Shown here one piece after another: positions 42,094-52,957 of a stretch of 64,000 bases of DNA. How positions within the stretch are numbered: the first letter of the stretch is position 1; each line of letters opens with the position of its first letter. The notes below the pieces were generated by a model. The model searched no databases and was not told the origin of the DNA. It saw nothing but the letters and a program-made list of their open reading frames with translations. The position numbers and the translations under genes were made by a program. Source of the DNA: Histomonas meleagridis 2922-C6/04-290x (Eukaryota > Protista > Parabasalia); contig JAANOX010000099.1 in NCBI GenBank assembly GCA_020184695.1, positions 1 through 64,000 of the forward strand. Reading direction: 5' to 3'.

Positions 42094-43359
42094 TTGTTTG
42101 TAGGTTTTAAAACTCCATTGCAAATAGCAATATCTGAAGGAAATTATCAAAATGTTTTAAATCTTCTTGAAAATGGAGCAGATACATCACAGATATTGGA
42201 TAAGAAAATTTTGCCACCAATACACTTGGCAATAAAACATAAACAGACGGATATTTTAAAATTACTACTTAATTTTAAGGCAAATCCAAATCTTCCAACA
42301 TCAAATGGAGTTGTTCCTTTAATCACAGCTATCAATAGTGGAAATGATGAGGCAGTTTCGATTCTTCTTCAATATGGTGCTGATCCAAATACTGTTAATT
42401 CTATTTATTTATATAACAAAAAGTTTATATATCTAATTTGGAGTTTATTTTTATTTTTTGAAATTCCTCTTTTTCATGCGATTCATGTAAAGAATACTAA
42501 GTCGATAAATCTTCTACTTAAATCAGGATCCCAACTTACCATTGGTGAAAAGAGTGCTCTTCATTTTGCTGTTCGTATGAACGATCCAGAATGTTGTCGT
42601 CTCCTAATGTATTATGCAGATCTTAATCTAAAAGATCAAAAAGGTAGAACTGCTTTGGATATTGCTGCTTCTATGGCAGATGACCCTACCTGTGAGCTCC
42701 TCCTTGGTTGTAATCCAATCCCATCAACAACTAAAGGCGTTCAATTTGCTCAAGAAGTATCCGACCAAATAGAAAATGAAAAAGCTGCACTTTTAGCCGA
42801 TTGGGAAATTAGGATCCATTCAAGTGGACAACATTATTTACAATTTTTAGATGATGTTATTCGTGTAACACGTCGTCTTAATCGTTTTTATCAACTCGTT
42901 GCTTTGAGAGTTAGAATGTATGAAAGAAGATTGAAACAATTTGAAAAGAAGATGAGTGTAAATGAAGGAGATCCTGATATTAATGCACTTTCTAAAATCC
43001 TTCTTTCAACATGGACAAAGAGAATTCAAGAGTCAAAGGATTTACAAAAGAAATTATTACCACAGATGTATTCTGCAAATGGAAATGAAGCACTACAAAC
43101 CTGGAGCGATGCAACAAAGAAAAGAGAACAGTTTATGAAAGAACTCTTGCTAATGGCAAACAAAGAATCAAAAGGATTCATTGAAGTAATGGCAGAATCT
43201 GGTGACTTATCCACATTAAAGAACATGCAAGGAAAGAAGAGAGTGGAACAATTCCAACGAAAAATAGCAGAGTTGTGTGATAAAGAAATAACAGATCCAG
43301 AAGTAACAAAAAGAATAGAAGTACTTAACCAGCTCGCTGGCATAAGAGCGTCCAAATGA
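42094..43359 (+). CDS. ankyrin-repeat protein with helical C-terminus; start unresolved; contains a 60-nt spacer-like insert
   Basis: KTPLQIA, PPIHLA, VPLITA, IPLFHA, SALHFA and RTALDIA repeats. No ATG until about residue 160. Confidence 0.8.
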   Translation: MFVGFKTPLQIAISEGNYQNVLNLLENGADTSQILDKKILPPIHLAIKHKQTDILKLLLNFKANPNLPTSNGVVPLITAINSGNDEAVSILLQYGADPNTVNSIYLYNKKFIYLIWSLFLFFEIPLFHAIHVKNTKSINLLLKSGSQLTIGEKSALHFAVRMNDPECCRLLMYYADLNLKDQKGRTALDIAASMADDPTCELLLGCNPIPSTTKGVQFAQEVSDQIENEKAALLADWEIRIHSSGQHYLQFLDDVIRVTRRLNRFYQLVALRVRMYERRLKQFEKKMSVNEGDPDINALSKILLSTWTKRIQESKDLQKKLLPQMYSANGNEALQTWSDATKKREQFMKELLLMANKESKGFIEVMAESGDLSTLKNMQGKKRVEQFQRKIAELCDKEITDPEVTKRIEVLNQLAGIRASK

Positions 43360-43489
43360 AATAAACAAAACGTGTAGAAAGTTCAAAAGGCCATCATTTT
43401 TGGAGTTATTAAACAATTGTCTTTAATTGTCACTTTTTAATAAGTTGGTGCTGTTTTGACAAGGTTTGTCTGGCTGTGCCTTTTCATCA

Positions 43490-43852
43490 ATGAGCATTCC
43501 AACTGGTGACGAAAAGAAGGAAGTTCTTGCAACACAAGCACAACAGCGTATCCGCCTTACAATCACATCATCAAAGCTCCCAAATCTCCAAAAAGTTTGC
43601 AATAACCTCACTCAAAAACTTAAGGCCGAACATTTAAAGGTTCGTGGACCAATTCCAATGCCACGCCGTCGCCTTAGGATCACAACTCGTAGGGCTCCAT
43701 GCGGTAATGGTACTGAAACATACGATCATTTAGAACTTCGTATTTACAAACGTGTTATTGATTTTGTTGGTACACCAGCAGCTGTTAAACAAGTAACACA
43801 AATTGGTCTCGAACCAGAAGTTCACGTCGAAGTTTCCGTAATAACAGAATAA
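43490..43852 (+). CDS. RPS20: 40S ribosomal protein S20 (uS10)
   Basis: IRLTITS, VRGPIPMP, ITTRRAPCGNGTETYD, RIYKRVID; stop in TAAA. Confidence 0.96.
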   Translation: MSIPTGDEKKEVLATQAQQRIRLTITSSKLPNLQKVCNNLTQKLKAEHLKVRGPIPMPRRRLRITTRRAPCGNGTETYDHLELRIYKRVIDFVGTPAAVKQVTQIGLEPEVHVEVSVITE

Positions 43853-43945
43853 ACGAATTCTTAACAATTAAATTTAAAAACTTTTTACAAATGTACAATC
43901 TCACTCAAAGGCATTTTTTTCAACAAGTTTTGATTCTGTTTTATT

Positions 43946-44704
43946 TCATTGATTTGGCTTTTGACCAATTCCACAGACAGAGCAATTGACATTCTTCTCA
44001 CGAAGCTTAAATCTCCTCATTTTCAACTTGAACATGTCTATGGTCAACAGCTCACGTACTAGTTTGTCGCCTACTCCGGTTATGATTGCAATTGCTTGTT
44101 GTGCTTGTAAAGTTCCAACAATTGAACATATTCCTGGAACGACTGGAGGTGGCGATGGCAATTGTTGTGGAACCTGTGGGTGAATACATGAAAAACATGG
44201 ACATTCAGGATCTGATTCCAAATCACAATAAACAGAAACTTGACCTTGACCTGCTGTAATAGAGCCAAAAACCATGGGAACTGAAGCTCTGGCACATGCA
44301 TGGTTAACTGCATATCTAACTTCAAAGTTATCAGTACAATCCATTACAACATTTGGATGATGTTCTTCGATTAATTGATAAGCTGTATCTTTATCAATGT
44401 GAGTAATAACTGGAACGTTATCTGATAAACAAAGAAGTGGTGATGAAGCTGCTGTTTTGGATTTTGATTTACCAATATCATTTTGTGTATATAAAAATTG
44501 ACGATGAATATTAGATATAGATACTTCGTCACAATCAATAAGAATAAGATGACCAACACCAGAACGAGAAAGAATAGTTGAACATGTGCTTCCTAATCCA
44601 CCACATCCTACAATCATGACTGTTGCATCTTTGAGCTTAGCTTGACCTTCAACCCCATAAACAGGGAGCTGGCGAGAAAATATTGTTTCCAAATCGCTTT
44701 CCAT
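43946..44704 (-). CDS. ThiF/MoeB/Uba4-like adenylyltransferase (no rhodanese domain)
   Basis: FSRQL, GCGGLGS, DCDEVSISNIHRQ, DCTDN, two CxxC motifs; 252 aa. Confidence 0.9.
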   Translation of the reverse strand: MESDLETIFSRQLPVYGVEGQAKLKDATVMIVGCGGLGSTCSTILSRSGVGHLILIDCDEVSISNIHRQFLYTQNDIGKSKSKTAASSPLLCLSDNVPVITHIDKDTAYQLIEEHHPNVVMDCTDNFEVRYAVNHACARASVPMVFGSITAGQGQVSVYCDLESDPECPCFSCIHPQVPQQLPSPPPVVPGICSIVGTLQAQQAIAIITGVGDKLVRELLTIDMFKLKMRRFKLREKNVNCSVCGIGQKPNQ

Positions 44705-45638
44705 TTAAAAATGGAATTCGTTGATTGCAATCCGTGTGTTCGAGGTGCCCCATTTGCACGAAAAAACGTTTGTGTCCTGTTCATCTGTACATTGAGAAAT
44801 CCATGTAATCAATTTCTTCATAAGTTTGTCCTTTTTTGAGTACAACGCTAAGTACATGCATTTTCGTCCTTTTCTATTTGAAAAGCTTTTAACCGAATTT
44901 ATATTGAACATTATTCTTTGTATATTTAATAAATATTGTTTGGGATAAGCTTTACATAGTCTATTCCTTGCTATTACAAGAAGGGTTAACTGTATGGATC
45001 AATACTGATATATCAGTAACTATTAATATTTACAAAAATAATTATTAACTCGAATAACCAAAAATATTCAACTTATTGGAAGCAAATTACTGAAAATTCC
45101 AAACCAAATTAATTCTTTTTGTATAGAAGAAAAAGAAAAATAATTGTAATATTATTAATGACAGTATGAATAAATATATAAACAATTGCTTTTCTTGTAA
45201 CATACTACATTTTTTAAATTAAAGACATTTTTTCATTTATAATTTGGTAATCATGAGCTTAAATCAGCAAAAAACGTCGAATAAAACAAAGGATCAACTT
45301 TTTGAATTTATTTTGCGGTTGTATGATTATTGCAAGAACAACCTTCATTTTGATCAAAACAACAGTTTTATGGTGAATTAGCAATTTATGGCACCACAAA
45401 TTATTTTTGGTCAGTATCAAGATTCTTTAGCTTTAACCTAATAGATAGCTCAAACGATTGTTTAAAATAATTTAAAATTATTAAAACTGTATTTTCAGTT
45501 TCTTGAAATTAAACAAAAAAATTGTTCATGGTTGGTTTTTCCAAACAATATGAATCATGAATGAAAACAATGAATTTACTTTTAAAAAATATTCCTTCAT
45601 AGTATAACTGTTTATTTTGTGTTATTAGATTTCGGGTT

Positions 45639-48537
45639 TTATTTGGTTTTACTCTTTTTCTCAAGAAATAATTTTACGATTTCTGTGTAACCATTTACAG
45701 ATGCAATTGTAGGCGCTGCATAAAATAATTTAATTAATCTCCATGTATTATTTTGGAACAAAAAATAATCAAAATTTTTATCAAATCAAATCTATAAATA
45801 TCTTTAACATTAATATCAATTCTTTTTTGTTCAAGAAGTAATTTAACTATTTCCGTCCGATGATTTCTAGTTGCTAAATTAAGTGCCGTTATAAATAATT
45901 TAAATAATTTCCAAATATTATTTTGAAATATTAAATTATTAAAATAAATTTTAAATAAAACAAATAAATATCTTTAGCATTAATATCAATTCCTTCTTGT
46001 TCAAGAAGTAATTTAACTATTTCTATATGACCTTTCCAAGATGCCAAAATAAGTGCTGTATTAAACAATTTAAGTAATTTCCAAATATTATTTTGAAATA
46101 CCAAAATATTAAAATAAATTTTAAATAAAATAAAAAAATACCTTTAGCATTAATATCAATTCCTTTTTGTTCAAGAAATAATTTAACTATTTCTATATGT
46201 CCATTTGAAGATGCCAAAATAAGTGCTGTATTAAACAATTTAAGTAATTTCCAAATATTATTTTGAAATATCAAATTATTAAAATAAATATTAAATAAAA
46301 CAAATAAATATTTTTCTCATTAACATTAATTCTTTTTCGTTCAAGAATTAATTTAACTATTTCTGTATGACCTTTTTGAGATGCATACATAAGTGGTGTA
46401 TAAAATAATTTAAATAATTACCAAATTTTATTTTGAAATACCAAAATATTAAAATAAATTTTAAATAAAACAAATAAATATCTTTAGCATTAATATCAAT
46501 TCCTTTTTGTTCAAGAAGTAATTTAACTATTTCTGTATGACCTTTCCAAGATGCATAAATAAGTGCTGTATCAAATAATTTGAATAATTCCAGAATATCA
46601 TTTTGATATATAAAATTATTAAAATAAATTTTAAATAAAGCAAATAAAAATTTTTAGCATTAATATCAATTCCTTTTTGTTCAAGAAGTAATTTAACTGT
46701 TTCTATTTTACCATTTTCAGACGCTTTCATAAGTGGAGTTTTAAATAATTTAAATAATTTCCAAATTTTATTTTGAAATACCAAAATATTAAAATAAATT
46801 TTAAATAAAACAAATAAATATTTTTCTCATTAACATTAATTCTTTTTCGTTCAAGAATTAATTTAACTATTTCTGTATGACCTTCTGAAGATGCTTCAAT
46901 AAATGATGTTTCAAATAATTTAAATAATTTCCAAATATTATTATGAAATATAAAATTATTAAAATAAATCCAAAATAAAACAAATAAATATCTTTAGCAT
47001 TAATATCAATTCCTTTTTGTTCAAGAAGTAATTTAACTATTTCTGTATAACCTTTTATAGATGCTTTCACAAGTGCTGTTTTAAATAATTTGAATAATTT
47101 CCAAATATTATTTTGAAATTCTAAATTATTAAAATATATATTAAATAAAACAAATAAATATTTTTAGCATTAATATTGATTCCTTCTTGTTCAAGAAGTA
47201 ATTTAACTATTTCTTTGTAACCATTTCGAGATGCATAAATAAGTGCTGTTCGAAATAATTTAAATAATTTCCAAAAAATATTTTGAAATATAAAATTATC
47301 AAAATAAATTTTAAATAAAACAAATAAATATCTTTAGCATTAACATCAATTCCTTTTTGTTCTAAAATGTATTTTATAAGTTCAATGTTTTCTGACTTTG
47401 TAGAAAAAAGAATTATATTTTTTGGGATTTGATTTTTTGATAGGAAATATTTTATCAGATATAAATTTCCAATTTTAGCTGTTTTATTCATTATTAAATC
47501 ATTTATTTTCATTCCATTTTGATATAAAAATAAAAAAATTTCATAGTTGGAATATTTTAAACATATCTTTCCTAATTCTTCCAATGTTTTTATTTCTTCT
47601 AATTTATTTTCATAAAGAAATTTAAAAATGTTATTTTGATGAAATTCAATTGCTGTTTTATATGCATTTTGAAAAGATGAATGATTTTGTTCACATAAAT
47701 GAATGATTTCTTCATTTCCACCTGCAACTGCATATTTACCTGTGTTATTTACTTTTGCACCATTCATAAGTAAATATTTAAAACATTTAATTGATCCAAA
47801 AAATGCTGCATAATCATTAATGTAACATTTTTATGATTAATAAATGAACATCTTTCATAAAGTGATGGTTCAATTGTTTGATCAAAATCAAAATTTGTTT
47901 GTGATGTTATTTCTTGAAGTTTTTCGATTTCATCATTTCGAATTATTTTTGAGATTTCATTTGGATTATGCCCTTCCTTAATTAACTGCTTATCAAGTCC
48001 ATAATCATCTTTTGAAAAATTTTCATTTGATTTACCCATGAAATAATCAAAGAAGTGATATGTTGTCCTATATTTTGTGGTTTTACCATATTTAAGATAC
48101 TTTGGATCAATTAAATTTTTTTTAATCATTTTCATCTTTAAATAACATGATTCTTGTGTATTAAATTTAACTAAATAATTTCTAAATATTTTAATAATGT
48201 TTGGGTTATATTTATTGATTTCTTCTTCTTTGAGTTTAATATTCTCTAAAAAGTTTATATAAATATAATTTAATTCTTTCTTTGAATAAAATGCATAATA
48301 AACTAAATTACAAATTATCAAATTAAATGAATATGGAAAATTTAGATCAAATAATTTCATTGTTTGTTCAATTGATATTTCAAAATTTTCTTGTGTTAAA
48401 TTAAATATAATTTGTTTGAGTTTTATAAATTTTTTTACAATAACAGAAAATTTGCTTTTTCTTGTTTTCCTGTGTGATTTATGCCTTTCTTTCTGCAAGC
48501 AGGGATGAAATAATTTTTTGACATCTTTTATTAACAT
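45639..48537 (-). CDS. DUF3447-type ankyrin-repeat gene; 3' repeats interrupted by 10 spacers; one 1-nt frameshift at ~47816
   Basis: ORFs 48537-47764 and 47767-47207 join by one base (VTL-I-DYAAFFGSIKCFKYLLMNG). Nine full ankyrin modules and a terminal half-repeat (...EIVKLFLEKKSKTK*, TAA 45639-45641). Confidence 0.75.
45720..47329 (-). repeat. perfect-period 170-nt tandem array (90-nt ankyrin module + 80-nt spacer)
   Basis: Spacers start at 45720, 45890, 46060, 46230, 46400, 46570, 46740, 46910, 47080 and 47250; each is 80 nt. Confidence 0.97.
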
Positions 48538-48881
48538 TACAAAAAGTGTTAAATAATTATGCTATCGTCCTCTTTTTTTCTTTAAAAAAAGCTAGCTTAA
48601 CAGATCCCTTACCAAGTTTGAATTTGAAATCAATATAACAAAAATATGGAAAAAATGAATTTTCTTTGATGTTAAACGTTGTCATTTTTTTTTTGATGAT
48701 TCTACAATTTTCTTATAACATAAAAAGTTTTGCATTTGAAAAAATTAATAAACCAAAAAATTAATTATTTTATAAACTATGGTAAAATCAAAAATGAATT
48801 TTATGTTTATTTTTGTACTGGTGACTTCGTTCTTTTATGAAAGAAAAAAAATATTTAAACGTATTCAAGGCCCCCTAATTA

Positions 48882-51800
48882 ATGTCCTTACTAAAATTTT
48901 TTGCTCCTGACTCTCAAGAAACAGATGAAGAGTTTGTCAATCGATGTTTGGACAACCTAAACAACCCTAAGTTAGTTCGAGATGCACTTATAGATATTGT
49001 TCCATTTGCACGAAAATATTCTTCAATAATTGGTCTAAAGTCAAGCACGATTCTAGCTAAGCTTCTATCAGATTTTAGTAAAGATAACGAAGCAGTACAA
49101 AATATTTTACAAATCTTGAATGAACTTGTTCTTGATGATAGTCTTGATTCCAATTCTAATTCTGGTTATATTGTTGATGAAGAAACTGCACTTCCTAATA
49201 TTTTTGAATGTCTTAACAATAAGTCTGCAAAAATCAGAGGATTATCTCTGAGTCTTATCAAAAATTTATTACGACTTCAACCATCAAAAGTACAATCATT
49301 CTTTTTCGAGACTGCTCGAGCACAGAAATCCCTTTGCAATCTTATTGATGATCCAGTTGATATGATTCGCTCTAATTTCATGTATCTTATTCCATCGTTA
49401 GTTCAAGGCAATAATGACATTCAACAAATGATGGCATTTTCTCTTATGGATCCACTTGCAGAACGTATTTCCACTCTTCCATCTGCTGAAGTGATTCCAG
49501 CACTTCAATCATTGCTTGATGGTAATTCTAAAGTTCAAAAATTATTTGTAGAAACGGGACATTTAACTAAACTCTTACCACTTATAAAATCACGAGATGA
49601 CAGAGCAATTTCACTTTTAACAATGTTGTTTCAATCAACAGATGCAGCATCATTTCGACCGTTTATTTTGGACAGCGGTTTAATTCCACCGTTAATTAAC
49701 GGTATCATGAATCATAGCACAAATTCGAAAACACTTTTAAAACTTTTAGGATATATAATTCGAGGGAGTACAGAGTTATGTTTATCCATATCAAATGAAC
49801 TTGAAAAAATCATCACGTTAACAATAACAACTAAAGATAATGAAGAACAAAATTGCGGACTATTTTTCATTGAATGTTATTGTATTAAAGGATCAAAATC
49901 AGTTTCCGAAGCATTATGTAATCATAACTCATTATCAAATATATTACAGAACTTCAATGAAATGATAACAGAGAATTATGCGATTTATAACATTGCATGT
50001 TCATGTTTAATAACAAATAATGAAACGAAAAACATTTTTTATGTTAATAATTTGAACAATGACAAAAGTTTCTTTATGTATTCAATTGAAACATTATCAA
50101 AGATTACTAACAATAATTCGATTGTATTACCCGTAATATTAAAATTCATTTCTGCGATAATTTGGGAATCTTCAACAGCTACAAAATTGTTCATATCAAC
50201 GATTTCATCATTACAAAGGAAAGATAAACAATCAACGATTATATTTTTAATATCTTTATGTATTGATGAAACTAAAGAACCTTTGCTAAAGAGTATTACA
50301 AGTTTAATATTACTTGAATCATTATTATTTAAGACTAATGATGAAGTATTTATACAATTAATCGAATTAATTAAAGCACGTATAGGAATATCAGTTTTGA
50401 TTACATCGATAAATAATTATGTCGATTCTTTAGAAGAACAATCAATTTGGTATGATTTTGTTCAAGATGTTGTTCGAGTTGTCCGTAAAAACAGAGAAAA
50501 TCTTTTAGATATTAAATCCGAAATACAAAACGATTCAACTTTTCAAGCACAAATATTAAACTTAACTGAAAAAAATGACGAATTAACAAAACAAAATATT
50601 GAACTTAATAAGAAAATCGAAGAAAATAAAGTGACAATTGAATCACTTGAACAACAAATTGAAGAAATTCAAACTGTTATACCGACATATGAAAAATGTT
50701 TAAATGATCAACAACAAACTATAGCTCAAACGAATGAAGAAAAAGAACTTTTAAATCAAGAAATCGAAAAATTAAAATCAAAACTTTATAATACTAATAA
50801 TATATTATTAGGCAATGATGATGATGATTTACAAGTTAAATATAATGATTTATTAAAACAATTTAATGAAACAAAAGAAAATTTATTAAATCAAATAAAA
50901 AACTTAAAAGAAGAAAATCAACAATTAAAAGATAAATTACTTTCATCAAATGTAACTAATCAATTAGTTAAAGAAAATGATGACTTAAGACAACAAATTG
51001 ATAAAGCTAAAAAGCATATTAAAGATTTAGAACAAGTTGATCAAGAATTACAAAACTCTAAAAAAGAAATAGAAAAATTATTAAAAGATAAAATTGAACT
51101 TGAACAAAAATTAAATAACAGTAATCAATCAAATGATAATGAAAAAGTTTCAGATTTATTATTACAAATACAAAACAACAAAAAAGTTATTGAAAATTTA
51201 CAAAATGAACTTTCAAATAAAAACAAAAATAATTCGACAAATGAATTAATCGAAAAGGAATTAAATGAAATTAAAATTAGAAATCAAGAAAAAGAATTAG
51301 ATTTAAATAATGAAATAAATAAATTAAAACAAGAATTAAATGAAATTAAAAAGTCAAAAGAATTCGATTCTGAAAATTTCACAAATGAATTAACTCGAAT
51401 TCAACAAATGAATACAGAAACAGAAAATGAACTTGTTAATGCTATGGATGAAAATGAAAAACTTATAAATAAATTAAAATCAAAAAAGGAAAAAATTCAA
51501 AAACTTAAATGTAATATTAAAAATATTTCATCAAATGAAAATACTTTTAATGAAAATGAAACATTAAATAAGTTAAAAGAACAATTAATAGAATATCAAT
51601 TACAAAATAAAAATTATATTAAAGAAAATGAAACATTAAATTTCGAAGTTAATAAAACACAAAAAGAAATCAAAGATTTAATTGATCAAAACAAGAAATT
51701 GAATTCCGAAATAAAGAATTTCGATGAAGAAAAAGAGAAAATTATAAAGGAAAAAAATGAACAAATTATTAAATTACAAGAAATATCTGAAAATCAACAA

Positions 51801-52778
51801 AATAATATCGAAAAGTTGACTAAAATGATCGATAATTCAAACAATGAATTACAAAAAAGTAAAAACTTAATTCATGAGTTACAACAAAATGATAATAAAA
51901 AAGAAGATTTAAATAATCAAATAAATTCATCAAAAGATTTAATTAAAAAACTCGAGTTAAAAATTAATGAACAAAAAGAAGAAATTAAAAATTTACAAAA
52001 TAAAGTTTCAAATGATAATAAAAATGAAAAAATATCAAAACTTGAAGCACAAATAAAGCAACAAAATAAAGAAATAGAAATACAGAAAGAACTTTTAAAT
52101 AAAACAAAGCAAAAGAATCAAAAACTAAAAACAGAAATATTAAATCTTCAAGTAAATTCAAATAAAGACAACGATTTCGACAAAATAATTAAAGAAAAAG
52201 ATAATCAAATTAACAAATTGGAACAGAAGTGCCAAAAACTAAAAGCAAAAACATTAAATATTTTATCAGTTGAAGCGAATTCTAACAAAGACAACAACAA
52301 ATCAGAAATACAAATGAAATCAATCAAAACTGATAACGGAATAAAATCGAATTTAATTATTCTCGAGCAACAAATAGCAAAAATCAAAGGTTCGATTAAC
52401 AACATCAATTCTTTAAATGATGCCGAACTTGTCGAACTGATATCGACGCAAATTAATTCGATTTTATCGGAATTTTCATCAACCAAACAAGAAATGAACG
52501 AAATAAAAAGTAAATACAACAAAAACAAAGAAGTTTCACGCGAACTAAAACAAAACGTGAACAAAGTAATTGTTAATATGTCGCAATTAAAAGAGAAATT
52601 AAATCTTTCGGATAAAAGAAATAAAGAATTACGAGAAAAATTAAAAGAAATGAATCAGAAATTTGACGAATCAGAAAGAAATCAGGCGGAACTTAGAGAG
52701 AAACATCAGTCTGCATTGAGATTGATCGGGGAATTATGGACTAAGAACCAAACATTGACTCGAAATGCTAAAAAATGA
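48882..52778 (+). CDS. USO1: Uso1/p115-like Golgi tether (armadillo head + long coiled coil)
   Basis: EEFVNRCLDNL...RDAL, LCNLIDDPVDMIR, GNNDIQQMMAF head region, then about 750 aa of coiled coil. Confidence 0.7.
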   Translation: MSLLKFFAPDSQETDEEFVNRCLDNLNNPKLVRDALIDIVPFARKYSSIIGLKSSTILAKLLSDFSKDNEAVQNILQILNELVLDDSLDSNSNSGYIVDEETALPNIFECLNNKSAKIRGLSLSLIKNLLRLQPSKVQSFFFETARAQKSLCNLIDDPVDMIRSNFMYLIPSLVQGNNDIQQMMAFSLMDPLAERISTLPSAEVIPALQSLLDGNSKVQKLFVETGHLTKLLPLIKSRDDRAISLLTMLFQSTDAASFRPFILDSGLIPPLINGIMNHSTNSKTLLKLLGYIIRGSTELCLSISNELEKIITLTITTKDNEEQNCGLFFIECYCIKGSKSVSEALCNHNSLSNILQNFNEMITENYAIYNIACSCLITNNETKNIFYVNNLNNDKSFFMYSIETLSKITNNNSIVLPVILKFISAIIWESSTATKLFISTISSLQRKDKQSTIIFLISLCIDETKEPLLKSITSLILLESLLFKTNDEVFIQLIELIKARIGISVLITSINNYVDSLEEQSIWYDFVQDVVRVVRKNRENLLDIKSEIQNDSTFQAQILNLTEKNDELTKQNIELNKKIEENKVTIESLEQQIEEIQTVIPTYEKCLNDQQQTIAQTNEEKELLNQEIEKLKSKLYNTNNILLGNDDDDLQVKYNDLLKQFNETKENLLNQIKNLKEENQQLKDKLLSSNVTNQLVKENDDLRQQIDKAKKHIKDLEQVDQELQNSKKEIEKLLKDKIELEQKLNNSNQSNDNEKVSDLLLQIQNNKKVIENLQNELSNKNKNNSTNELIEKELNEIKIRNQEKELDLNNEINKLKQELNEIKKSKEFDSENFTNELTRIQQMNTETENELVNAMDENEKLINKLKSKKEKIQKLKCNIKNISSNENTFNENETLNKLKEQLIEYQLQNKNYIKENETLNFEVNKTQKEIKDLIDQNKKLNSEIKNFDEEKEKIIKEKNEQIIKLQEISENQQNNIEKLTKMIDNSNNELQKSKNLIHELQQNDNKKEDLNNQINSSKDLIKKLELKINEQKEEIKNLQNKVSNDNKNEKISKLEAQIKQQNKEIEIQKELLNKTKQKNQKLKTEILNLQVNSNKDNDFDKIIKEKDNQINKLEQKCQKLKAKTLNILSVEANSNKDNNKSEIQMKSIKTDNGIKSNLIILEQQIAKIKGSINNINSLNDAELVELISTQINSILSEFSSTKQEMNEIKSKYNKNKEVSRELKQNVNKVIVNMSQLKEKLNLSDKRNKELREKLKEMNQKFDESERNQAELREKHQSALRLIGELWTKNQTLTRNAKK

Positions 52779-52957
52779 TCTTAAATTATCAATAAATACT
52801 TACTGTAGAACATTTTACTTTTAATAAATTTGCGTTTTCATTTCCAAATGGAAACAAAAGTTTCAGAATTAAATTGGATCTTCATGATACAAAATGAACG
52901 AGATAGAAAAATTAAGTAAAAATATTTTATAAATAACAATAAATGATTTGTGAATTT

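Noticed and set aside
45720-47329. Canonical GT-AG splicing using spacer GT (nt 9-10) and the ACAG in Thr-Ala
   Set aside because: The product is out of frame. The GT is absent in copies 46570 (GC), 46060 and 45720, and the AG is absent in modules starting ACA CCA, ACT CCA or ACA TCA.
45720-47329. U12-type AT-AC intron starting in the Asp codon and ending in the Thr codon
   Set aside because: The splice would shift the frame. The 5' sequence ATATTTAT fits RTATCCTT poorly, and no TCCTTAAC-like branch site is present.
45720-47329. Programmed -1 frameshift at T TTA AAA in the spacer
   Set aside because: The heptamer is not conserved across copies, and copies such as 18401-18480 are closed in both frames in an order one -1 shift cannot pass.
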